Shown here piece by piece: positions 15,812 to 27,479 of a stretch of DNA of 64,000 bases. The first letter of the stretch is position 1, and the number at the start of each line of letters is the position of its first letter. The position numbers and the translations under genes were made by a program. Origin of the DNA: the human T2T-CHM13v2.0 reference genome, Homo sapiens; NCBI RefSeq assembly GCF_009914755.1, contig NC_060928.1. One strand, written 5' to 3'. The notes beneath the pieces are model-generated. The model saw only the letters and a program-made list of their open reading frames with translations, ran no database searches and had not been told where the DNA came from.

Positions 15812-18800
15812 TTGTGTATGCTAGACCATCCTTGCATCCTTGGGATGAATACCACTTGATCATGGTGAATGATCTTTTTAATGCGTTGTTGAATTTGGTT
15901 TGCTAATATTTTGTTTAGGATTTTTGTATCTATGTTAATCGCTAAAATTGGCCGGTAGTTTTTCTTTTTGTGGTTGTTGTTGTGTCCTTGTCTGGATTTG
16001 CTATCAGGGTAATACTAGCCCCATAGAATGAATTAGGAAGAATTTTTGCTTCGTTTGAGAAGAATTGGTATTAATTCTTATAAGTATGATACATGGAATA
16101 CACAGTAAAGCAATATGATTTCTGGGCTTTTGTGGGGAGGAGAGAGGAGACTTTCTATTACTGATTCAATTGTTACTCATTTTCGGTCTGTTTATGTTTT
16201 CTATTTATTCTTCATTCAATTTTTTTAGATTATATGTGTTCAATAATTTATCAATTTCCTCTAGGTTTTACAATTTGTTAGTGTATAAGTTTTCCATGAT
16301 AGTCTCTACTGATCCTTTACATTTCTTTAGCTTCAGTTATAATGTCTCCTTTTTCATATCTGATTTGATATATTTGGCACTTCTTTCTTTTTTCTTGGTC
16401 AGTTTAGCCAGCGTGGTGATTTTATCTATTTAAAACACCAAATCTTTACTTTTTTAATCCTTTGTAATTTCTTAGTCCCCATTTTGTCTATATCTGTTCT
16501 GATCATATATCTTTCCTACTATGCATTTGGGGCTTGGTTCATTCTTGTTACTGGTTCTTCAAGCTGCATTGTTAAGTTGTTTATTTCAAGTCTTCTTTCT
16601 ACTTTTTCATTGTAGTTGTTGCTATAAACTTCACTCTTAGCAATGCTTTTGCTGTATCCCACAGGTTTTAGTATGTTGTGTTTCCATCTTCACTTGTTTC
16701 AAGGAACTTTTTGGTTTTCTGCTTAATTTGTTCATTGACCCAATACTTGTCAGAAGCATCTTGTTTAATTTTCATACATTTTTACGATTCTAATTTTCCC
16801 CGTTATTGATTTCTAGTTTTATTTTGGTCTCAAGAAATTATTGATATAATCTTGATTTAAAAAAAATTGCTGAGACTTGTTTTGTAGCCTAGCAAATGGT
16901 CTGTCCTGGAGAATGTTCCATGTGCTGATGAGAAGAAAGTTTATTCCATAGTTATTGAATGAAATGTTCTGTAAATGTCCATTAGGTTCATTTGGTCTAA
17001 AGAGCAGCTTAAATTCAATTTTTTTTGTTGATTTTTTGTCCAGATGTTTTGTCCAATGCTGAGTGAGGGGTTCTTAAGTCCCCAGCACTTACTATAGTGA
17101 AGTCTATCTCTAATGATTACTTTATATATCTGGGTGTTCTGGTGATGAGTACACATATATTTAAAATTGTTACATCCTTTTGTTGGATTGATTCAGTTAT
17201 CCCTATATAATGACCTTCTTTGTAGCTTTTTACAGTTTTTGACCTAAAGTGTGTTTTAACTGACATAAATATAGCTACTCTTGCTCACGTATGGTTTCCA
17301 TTTGTGTAGAATATCTTTTTCCATCCCTTTACCTTCAGTCTATAAGTGTCTTTACAGGCCAAGTGAGTTGCTTTTAGGTAGCATATAGTTGAGTTATGTT
17401 TTTTTTTTGTTTCCATTAATAAACCTTTTAAGTGTGGAGTTTAATCTGTTGACATTCAATATTATATTAATAGATGAGAACTTATTCCTGTTATTTTCTT
17501 GTTTTCTGGTTGTTTTGTATATCCTTTGCTCCTTTTGTAGTCTCTTATTATCATTGCAGTTTGGTGGTTTTCTGTAGTGGTAATATTTAACTTCTTTCTC
17601 TTTCTCATTTTAGTATATATTTGACAGTAAGTTATATAATTTTGTGTTTTCATGATGTTAGACATCATCCTTTGATTTCTAGATGTGGGACTCTTTTATT
17701 CATTTCTGTAGGGCCTGTCTAGTGGTGATGAATTCCTAGCTTTTGCTTGTCTGGAAAATAGTTTATTTCTTCCTCATTTTTTGAAGGATAGCTTTGTTGG
17801 GTATAATATTCTTATCTGATAGGGTTTTTCTTCAGTACTTTGAATGTATCATTCCATTTTCTCCTGGTCTATAAGGCTGCTGTTGAGAAATGTGCCATTA
17901 GTCTGATGGGGATTACCTTATATGTGACTTGATGCTTTTTTCCTGCTGTTTTTAATATTCTCTTTTTCTTTGACTTGGCAGTTTTACTAAAATATGTGTT
18001 GGAGAATACATTTTTGGTTTGAATCTATTCAGGTATCTCTGAGATTCCTATGTCTAGATATTTACATCTCTTGCGACTCTCGAAAAGTTTTCAGCTATTA
18101 TTTTATTAAATACGTTTTCTATGTCTTTGCCCTTCTTTCTCCTTCTGGAACTTCCTGAATTTAGATATTTAGTCATTATATATTATCTTAAATGTCACAT
18201 AGAATTTATTCATTCTTTTATATTCTTTTTTTAAAAAATCTAACTGTTATTTCAAAAGACTTGTCTTCAAGTTCAGAAATTCTTTCTTCTGCTTGATCTA
18301 TTATATTGTTAAAACTCTTAATTGTATTTTTCATTTTATTTATTGAATTCTTCAGTTGCAGGTTTTCTGTTTGGTCCTTTTTTATGATATCCATCTCTTT
18401 GCTGAATTTGTCATTTGGATCATTGTTTTCCTGATTTATTTGTACTGTATCTGTGCCCTCTTGTATCTCACTGAGTTGCTTTAATATTATTATTTTGATT
18501 TTTTTAGTCATATTATAAATTTTCTTTTCATTGGAATCTGTTTCTAGAAAATTACTACGTTCCTTTGGAGATGTTATGCTTCCTTGCTTTTTTTCATGTT
18601 TCTTGTGTTCTTAAGTTTATATCTGTGCATTTGTTGTAAGTCTCTTCTATCTATTTTATGGATTGGTTTTTGTAGGAAAATACTTTTTCCTATAGGTGTA
18701 TCTACAGTGTTGGTTGAGTAAGGTCACATGGCTTTGATTCTGGATGGGCATAGTAGTGTAGTCTCCAAATGATTTTTTTGGCTGCAGTCAGCATCAGAGG

Positions 18801-19790
18801 TTCCTGTGAGTTCCTCAGTGACTTAGACAGTGGTTGTTAGTGGAGGCTGTGGTAAGGCTTTGCTGGAGACAGTGACTCCAGGAAGGCCAGCATTCAGGCA
18901 CCAGTGATGGCAGTAGTAGGCAGGGCAGGGCTGTCCTTAGGCCCCTAGATGATGTGCATAAGTGTCGGAAAAGGAGGGTGGGGCCATGTAATCCCCAGGT
19001 TCCTGGGTGGTATATTCATGTGCCGGCAGTAGTGGCAGTAAGTAGGGAAGACCTAAGCTTCCTGGATGATGTGCATAAGTGTCGGAAATGGAAGATAAGG
19101 CCATTTAATCCCATGCTCCTGGATGGTGTATTGATGTGCTGGCAGCAGTGGCAGTAAGCAGGGAAGGCCTAAGGCCCCTGGATAGTGGATGTGGGCACTG
19201 GCAGCAGTGGGCGGAGCGTGTTGATCCCCAGGCCTTCAAATAATGCACACGTGTGGTGGCAGCAGCAGCAAAATGCAGGATGGGTCTGTCCTTCGGCTTT
19301 CTAATGGTATGTGCACAAGCACCACCTACAGTGGTCAGAGCAGGTCAATCTATAGACACTTGGACCCTACTCCCAGACACTTGCAGTAGAGGTGAATAGT
19401 GTTTCAGGCCTGTCCTCAGGCCCCCAGTTGGTGCACAGGTATTGGCTGTAGCAGGCAGTGCAGGTCAGTCCCTAGGCCTCCCAATGACTTGCACATGTGG
19501 CAGCAGTGAAAGGCAATGCAGGTCTTTCCTCAGGCCTCTGATGGTACATGTGGACACTCACAGTGAGGCAGGTTGATCCCGGGCCCCTAGATGATATGCA
19601 TGGGCACTAGTGGTGGGTAGGACAGTCCTCTCCTCGGACCCATGAATTGTGGTGTGCATGTCAGCCAGTGGTGGTTGGTGGAGCAGAGTGAATCCCCAGG
19701 CTCCAAGGCAATATGCATGGGCACAGTGAGCAGAGCATAACTCCCTTCAGGCCCCCAGGTGACGTGTGTGGGTGCCAACAGGCAAAGTAA
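15812..19790 (-). mobile_element. Old L1 (L1M/L1MA-class) 5' half: 5'UTR, ORF1 and ORF2 N-terminus
   Basis: ORF 18218-18511 is the ORF1 coiled coil (SFNNIIDQAEERISELEDKSFEI). ORF 16941-17156 is EN (LDQMNLMDIYRTFHS). GC-rich repeated 5'UTR at 18.9-19.8 kb. Confidence 0.88.
18900..19785 (-). repeat. Degenerate ~58-bp monomer / ~117-bp dimer tandem array in L1 5'UTR
   Basis: Alternating ctgtcctcaggccc-like and atccccaggcc-like units. GATGATGTGCATAAGTGTCGGAAA occurs at 18948 and 19065 (117 bp apart). Confidence 0.8.
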
Positions 19791-21257
19791 ACCTACTATT
19801 TCTCCAATTGCTAAATTCCTTTTTCTAAAACATCAGTAAAATGTTTCCACAAAATACTGTACTTCAATAAAATATTATTTTTAAAGTTATGTGGTTTTCT
19901 AAGGTTAATTATTTTGTTGTATGGAATTTTGTAAATCACACTAGGAAAGTAAAGATTACTGTCTAGGAATTTTCTGTCTATTTTATGTACTCTCACATTA
20001 ACTTCACACCACATATTCAGCTTAGAATTTATTCAAAAAGTGCATTTTTTAAAAAAAGATTTATTTGGCCAGCATAGTGAACATCTAGAGAACATCTCTT
20101 AACATACATCAAATGAAACAAAATAACTAAAGTAGAAAAGACAATGTTATCTGGGGACTAGGAGGTTCAGAGCCACATACATACAGCACTGCTTTTGAGA
20201 AATAGCTCCCACTAAAATACTACATGCTCCAAACTGGAGGAGTATACAATGAAGTAACAGAGAGTTTCACTATCTGAGATTTGTGTATATTATGTTGAAT
20301 TAATATAGAATTATTTTCATAGATTTATTCTAAAAATCCTTACGAGTGGTATGTATTTGGAAATATGGCAGGTATTTAGATAATTGAGGATTAATGTCCT
20401 AAAGGTCCATTTTGGAAATATGTTACAGATATGGTGCTAAGTGTGATGGAGAGGGCATAGGATGGTAGGGTCATCGTTGTGATCTGCACTTAGTTCACAG
20501 AAGAGTGATTTCCAGAATGAAGGTTCAGAGACAAGAAACAAACGTATAGTTTTAATTTTGTAGATAAAATTAACCTATTGAGAAATAATTTCATACTTTT
20601 TAGAAAACAAATATAGCAATGAATAGCACAAGTTTTCTCAACATAAATTCTTGCCATAGTAGCTAGCTAATTCCAAAGTAGCCGAATAAGCCAAATCCTA
20701 AGTGGTACGCAAGTGGTTTAGAAATGATACAATGTGTACAGAGTTTTGATGATAGGAAATGATATAAAACAAAGATTTATAAACTACTCAAGTTCCCTCA
20801 TGCCACACTGGAGAGAATAGCAATATATTATTATGTAGAGAAAACAAGGAAGCATATTACTCATATACATTTCCTAAACTGTGAAATTAGGGAAAAATCT
20901 TCATTCCCGTGTCTAAGTTAATTCACATCTTTACATTTGTGAAACATCTAAAACAATTTTTTTTCAGCTAAAAAACTAGTTTTGGGAGGCCTTAGATTGC
21001 ACTTGAATCCCAGAAAATATGGAGGTAAAGACTGAGACTCTTATTTAAAATAAAAATTAATTTAAAACTTTAAAATCTAAGAGAGTCTAAAATAATTAGT
21101 TGGTATAAAATAAAACATGTGGCGAATGTTTTAATAAGAAATTCACAAAAAGAAATACAAATGACACCACATAAAATAACTGTTTTAAAATTAAAAAAAG
21201 AAAAACATTTTTATAGCCATAAGATTTAAAACTATGAAATGTTTAGTAGCATTTAGT

Positions 21258-22487
21258 CATTTTTGCAACAATGCCTAAACCAATGGCAAGAGCTTCTTCC
21301 ATACGTTTTCTTGTAGTAGTTTTAGAGTTTCATGTCCTATGTTTACGTTTTTAATCTATTTTGAATTCATTTTTGTATAAGATGTGAAGCAATGGTTCAC
21401 TTTCATTCTTCTGTATGTAAATACCCAGTTTTTTTTTAACATTATTTATTCAAGACTGTCATTTCTCTACATGTGTTTTTGGCACTTTTGTCACAAATCA
21501 ATTGATTAAACACGGGTTTAATTCTGAGTTCTCTATCCTGTTCTATTGGTTGAGCTGTCTGTTTTTATGCCAGGATCATACTGTTTTGATCACAATTACT
21601 TTATAATATGTTTTGGAATCAGGGAATGTGACACCTCCAGCTCTGTTCTTTTTGCTTGAGATTGTTTTGGCTGTTGAGAGTCTCTTGTGGTTCTATGTGA
21701 ATTTAAGAACATTTTTCTATTTCTGTAAGAGTGGGAATTTTGATAAGAGATTACAATAAGTTTGCAGATTGGGTAGTATTAACATTTTATGAATATTAAT
21801 TATTTCAGTCCATGAACATGGTTTATCTTTCTATTTATTTGTGTCTTCTTGCCTTTCTTTAACCAGTGTTTTATAGTTTTCAGTATATAGCCATTCCTTG
21901 GTATCCTTGGGGTATTGGTTCCAGGACCTCCCACAGATACCAAAATCCATGAATGCTCAAGTCCCTGATATAAAATGGCATATTATTTGTTGTAAACTAT
22001 GCACATCCTCTTGTATGCTTTAAATAATCTCTAGACTACTTATGATCCTAATACAAAAAAACTACGTAAATAATTGTTAGAACTGTGTTGTTTAGGAAAT
22101 AATTGATTAGAAAATTATTTTTTAGAAAAAAAGCCTGTACATGCTCAATACAGAGGTAATTTTTTAAAAAAATATTTTTGATCTACGGTTGAATCCATGG
22201 ATTCAGAATTTACAGGTAACAATGGCATACTATACAGGTCTTTTACCTCTTTGATTAAATTAAATTTACACTTATTTAACTTTTTGTTGCTATTGTAAAT
22301 GTAAATGTTTTCTTTTTTAAGAATAATTCATTATTAATATATAGAAATGCTACAAATTTTTGTATGTTGATTGTGTATTGTTCAATACACAATAAAATTC
22401 AACTTTACTGACTTCATTTATCAGTTCTAACAGTTTTCTAGTGGAGTTTTTATGGTGTTTCTTACATATAAGATTAACTCTATTGCA
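21258..22487 (-). mobile_element. Inverted ORF2 segment of an L1MA element
   Basis: Antisense ORF2 from the RT (ILY..LLELINE.SKV) region to the KLLEEN region, interrupted by MER2. Confidence 0.8.
21888..22232 (+). mobile_element. MER2 (TcMar-Tigger non-autonomous DNA transposon)
   Basis: ttggttccaggacctcccacagataccaaaatccatgaatgctcaagtccctgatataaaatggca...ggttgaatccatggat, flanked by TA on both sides. Confidence 0.9.
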
Positions 22488-23690
22488 AGAAAACAAACAA
22501 CCTAATTAAAACATTGGCAAAAGATCTGAATAGACAGTTCTCAAAGAAGACATATATGTATGTGAAAAATGCTCAGTATCACTAACCATTAGGGAAATGA
22601 AAATTAAAAGTACAGTAAGATACACCTCCCATCTGTTACAATGGCTCTTATCAAAAAGATGAAAAATAACAAGTGTTGGTGAGGATGCAGAGAAAAAGAA
22701 ACTTGATATAATATGGATATTTGTCATTGTCCAAATCACAAGTTGAATTGCAATCCCCAAAGCTGAAGTGGGAACTAGTGGGAGATGTTTGGGTCATGGG
22801 GACAGGGACAGATCTCACATAGCTTGGTACTCTTTTCGCAATAGTGAGTGAGTTCTTGCAAGATCTGGTTGTTTAAAACTGTGTGGCATCTCCCCCTTCC
22901 ATCTCACTTGCTTCTGCTCTTGCCATATGATATGCCTTCTACCCCTTTGCCTTCTGACATGATTGGAAGCTTCCCAAGTCCTCTGCAGAAGCAGATGCTG
23001 CTATGCTTCCTGTTGCAGAACTATGATCCAATTAAAAATCTTTTCTTATGAGTTACTCAATCTCAGGTATTTCTTTATAGCAATGCAAGAACGGCCTAAT
23101 GCAGAACTCTTATACATTGTTGGTAGAAATGCAAATTAGCACCATTATAGTAAAACAGCCTAAAGTTTCCTCAGGACACTAAAAATAGAACTACCATATG
23201 ATCCAGTAATACCACTCTGGATGTATATCCAAAGGAAGCGAAATCAATATGTCAAAGAGATATCTGTACTATCATGTTCATAGAAGCATTATACACAATA
23301 GCCAAGATACAGAATGAACCTAAGTGTTCAACAATGGATGAATGGATGAAGAAAATGTAGTATATATACACAATAGAATATTGGGAAAATTCTGTCATTC
23401 ATGACAAGGATAAATCTGAAGGACATTATGCTAAGTGAAATAAGGCAAGCACAGAAGTTCAACTACCACATGATCTCACTTATATGTGTAATATAAAAAA
23501 GTTGAACCCACAAATGTACAGAGTTAAATGATGGCCTCACATAAAAAATGGTAAATAAGTGAAATGATGGATATGCTAGTTAGCTTGACTTAAACATTCC
23601 ACATTGTATACATATATCAAAACATCACATTGTATCCCTTAAATATATACCATTATGATTTGTTAATCAAAAATAACATTAATAATCATG
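22488..23690 (+). mobile_element. L1MA (L1MA5-like) 3' end
   Basis: Sense ORF2 C-terminus and 3'UTR gatggatatgctagttagcttgacttaaacattccacattgtatacatatatcaaaacatcacattgta. Confidence 0.82.
22704..23103 (+). mobile_element. MSTB-like MaLR solo LTR
   Basis: TGATAT...tctcaggtatttctttatagcaatgcaagaacggcctaatgCA. 5-bp TSD aaact/gaact. Confidence 0.88.
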
Positions 23691-24280
23691 AATTTAAAAT
23701 TTTAAAATAAAGTTGAAAGAGGAACTGCAAACATTGCTATAGAAAAGATTCCTTAATAATACCTAAAAGATTTATATAAAAATTCCTTTTTATTACATAA
23801 AATATTTTTAAACCCAGTCTTGATGTGAGATTTTTTAAAAATAGAAAACATTACTAAGTATCTGCAGAAAACTAGGACTTAACGTAATATATTAGATATT
23901 TAGTATTATTGTAACTACATTTATAGCAAGAAAAATTTCTAAATTTTGATTAAAGAATCTCACCAAATCTATCTACCAAAATCTGAAACAATGAAGAGCA
24001 ATGATATAGAATAAATGAATACATTTGAATACCAACAAAACAAAGAACTCATTTTAACACTTAATAATATTCTAGAAAGCAAAATAAATAAATAAATAAA
24101 ACCTGAGACATCATTTGGCTTAGGAATTAATTTTATAAAAAGCCTCTTCCTGCCTATTTTTTGCTTCATCTTTTTGAGAAAGATGCAAATTACCTGAAGG
24201 CTGTGTTGGGACATCAAGTTCTAGTATAACTGCTGAAGTTGGTATTATTTTTATTTTGCTGTCACATAGAAGGTGTTGAA

Positions 24281-25343
24281 TTTTTTTTTAATTATATGAG
24301 GTATATAGTAGGTGTGTATGTTTATTGGATACATGAGCTGTTTTGATACAGGCATGCAATACATAATAATCACATCATAGAAGATGGAATATTCATCTTT
24401 TCAAGCATTTATCTTTTGTGTTATGAACAATGCAATTATACTCTTTTAGTTATTTTAAAATGCATAATAAATTATTATTGACTGTAGTCACCTTGTTGTA
24501 CTATTAAATACTATGCCTTGTTCATTCATTTTAACTATTTTTTTCTACCCATTAGACAGACATCCCCACCTACCCCCAATCCTCCGATTACCCTTCCCAG
24601 CCTCTGGTAACCATCCTTCTACTCTCTATCTCCATAGAATCAATTATTTTGATTTCTATATCCCATAAATAAGTGAAAACCTACAATGCTTTTCTTTCTG
24701 TGTCTGGCTTATTTCACTTAACATAATGATCTCCAATTTCATCCATGTTGTTGCAAATGATAGGATTTCATTTTTTTAATGGTTGTATAGTACTCCATTG
24801 TGTATAAGTACCACATTTTCTTTATCTATTCGTCTGCTGATGGACACTTAGGTTGTTTCAAATCTTGTCTACTGTGAACAGAGCTGTAACAAACATGGGA
24901 ATGCAGATATCTCTTTGATATATTGATTTCCTTTCTTTTGGGTATATACCCAGCAGTGGGATTGTTGGATAATATGGTAGCTCTATGTTTAGTTTTTTGA
25001 GGAACCTCCAAACTGTTCTCCATAGTGGTTGCACTAATTTACATTCCCACCAACAGTGTATGAGGGTTCCTTTTTCTCCACATTCTTACCAGCATTTATT
25101 ATTGGCTCTATTTGGATAAAAGCCATTTTTAATGGGATGAGATATCTCATTGTAGTTTTGATTTGCATTTCTCTGAGGATCAATGATGTTGAGCACCTTT
25201 TCATATGTCTGTTTACCATTTGAATGTCTTCTTTTGAGAAATGTCTTTCCAGATCTTCTGCCCATTTTTAAATCTGATTATTAGATCTTTTTTTTCCTAT
25301 TGAGTTGTTTGAGCTCCTTAGATATTCCAGTTATTAATCCCAG
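24281..25343 (-). mobile_element. L1MA2-like 3' end
   Basis: tagtaggtgtgtatgtttattggatacatgag...ttttgatacaggcatgcaat...cccttcccagcctctggtaaccatccttctactctc. ORFs 24826 and 25034 are ORF2 C-terminal remnants. Confidence 0.88.
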
Positions 25344-26593
25344 ACATTGGTATTCTAATATCTCATGATTCATCAATTATTTTCATCAAAACACAATATT
25401 AAAAGACAGACTGAAATATAATTAAAAAGAAAATGTTTAATTTTCTCACACTTATTAAAAAATAATAAAAATTATCTCAAGCTACAAAAGCAAGATAATT
25501 TCTAGTAATATTCCAAAGTGAGGAACTAAATACAACAGATACAAATTTTGTAGTTCTTGAAGCAGTCAATTTAGTGAGTAGGGGGAAATGATTCATCTTA
25601 TCTTACATACTATAGTTGAAGTATTACTCAAAATTTTCTTTGTCACATGCTAACCTCTTTATAAAATATATCAAATAATAGAAAGAAATTATACATTTAC
25701 CTGACTTAGAGCTTTGGAAAGACCCAATCTTTTCACTTATATTTTTAGTAATTTCTTAGTTTACTTAATGCCTCTCAGAAGACAAACTTATTTAGTGAAT
25801 TATAAGTTAAAATAAAACTTATTATTTAGAGGAGAGGATTGTCTCACTGTTCACTGTACAAACCACCAAAACCAAGTTGCCAGGATCAAAAAACTGTCCC
25901 AGCCATCATAGCTTCATAATGACTGATAGCAATTCAGTCCAAACAGATCTTGATATTTCATCTGGATCAGCCACATAAGTGCAAGTATGTTTATCAGCAG
26001 ATTTGACCCAACAACTTAAGTAATTTAAAGAATTCAAAGTCAAATGTGATGCACTTGTTTTTATTTTGTTTTGTTTTGTTGCCTAATTTATAGGCCCCTT
26101 TAGTAAGAGGGTAAAAAGAACAGTGGAAGCAAGTGGTTAGGTTGAATTGGTTTAGAGAGTGTGAAGGTGGCCTCTCTGCAGAGCAGGGGGCCTGCCAGTA
26201 GTCTGGAATCTATGCTCTAACTATAAAACAGCCTTTACACTGAGCCTCGAGGGTCATTTTATAGGTGTTCTATAAACATTTTAAAGCTATTCTATAGCTG
26301 TTCCTTTTTTATAACTGCCCCATCTTATCCCTCCTGGAGATGCCGACCCAGCAGGGGGTGAGGTAATGGCCAGTTATGGAGATCAGAATGGATTGCTTTC
26401 TTTACTCACTCACCCTTCACCTACTGTTTAATGACCACCCAACGACTCCCAGCAAAACAAAAAGAAATCAGTAGGAATAGTTCTGAAAGGATACTCTAGA
26501 CAAAGTCTAGATCTGAAGGTTTCCCCACTGCCACTCAGTGAATGAATGGCCCATCCTACTGTCCTTGTTTAAATACAGGCATAGTTATACGTA

Positions 26594-26595
<2 letters not shown>

Positions 26596-26624
<29 letters not shown>
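26596..26624. repeat. (CA)n microsatellite
   Basis: About 14 perfect CA units. Confidence 0.97.
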
Positions 26625-26626
<2 letters not shown>

Positions 26627-26813
26627 GCAACTAAATCTGATATGGGAAGAGACAAATTCTTGGTAGGGCTCTCTCCCTTGTCATACCAGAGAGTTAAGTA
26701 ATGTTCTTTGCATGGTGATCACGTGATGAATAAGAAAATATTCAGTGCCCAAAGCGCAATTTTGAGATTATGTGTTTAATCAATCTACCCTAGGAAAGAA
26801 AAAGTAGTGTTTA

Positions 26814-26884
26814 GGTTATTCTGAGTACATCGTCTATGGGGTAGCCTTGCTCTACAAGGAGTAGCTAAAAAAGAAAAAGAAAAA
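26814..26884 (+). mobile_element. Very short retroposed insert with A-rich tail and TSD
   Basis: Insert ggttattctgagtacatcgtctatggggtagccttgctctacaaggagtagct plus A-rich tail. Flanked by AAAGAAAAAGTA(G/A)TGTTTA at 26795-26813 and 26876-26894. Confidence 0.7.
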
Positions 26885-27033
26885 GTAATGTTTAAACCTG
26901 TAGATTTTTCTCAAACTATCAGAGAATTTTTAGTTTCTTTTGAGTATTGCCCTGATATGTTTTAAATTTCACTGAAAATTCCGGAAATAATGTGGCTAAC
27001 AATGCACACAGCAGGAAGTAAGATTTTGGCTAT

Positions 27034-27412
27034 TGTGATCGTCTTAAGTGTCAATTTAAACCATAATCTAGATTTGCAGTGAAGGTATTTGTAGATATCA
27101 TTTTCCCCAGAAATCAGTTTACGTTTACTTTAAGTAAAGAAGATTATGGCTGACAATATGGGAGGGCCTTATCCAATCAGTAGAAGATCTTAGGAGCAAA
27201 GTCGAGGTTTCCTAGACAAGAATTTTTGCCTCCAGATGACAGCCTAAAATCTGCCTGTTTCAAGTCTGTTGGCCGTATTATAGGTTTCCAACTTGCCAGC
27301 TTTCACAATTCCATAAGCCATTTCTTAAAATAAATGTCTCTCTGTTGAATATCTCTCTATTTTCTATATAATTCTACTGATTCTGTTTCTCTGAAGAAAC
27401 CTGACTAATGCA
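27034..27412 (+). mobile_element. MLT2D-like ERVL solo LTR
   Basis: TGTGAT...actttaagtaaagaagatta...ggccttatccaatcagtagaag...ttctgtttctctgaagaaacctgactaatgCA. Confidence 0.8.
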
Positions 27413-27479
27413 GTTATTAAATATTAAATTGCTCAAAAGATATACATAAATTTATCTTAATATATATAAACTATGTATA

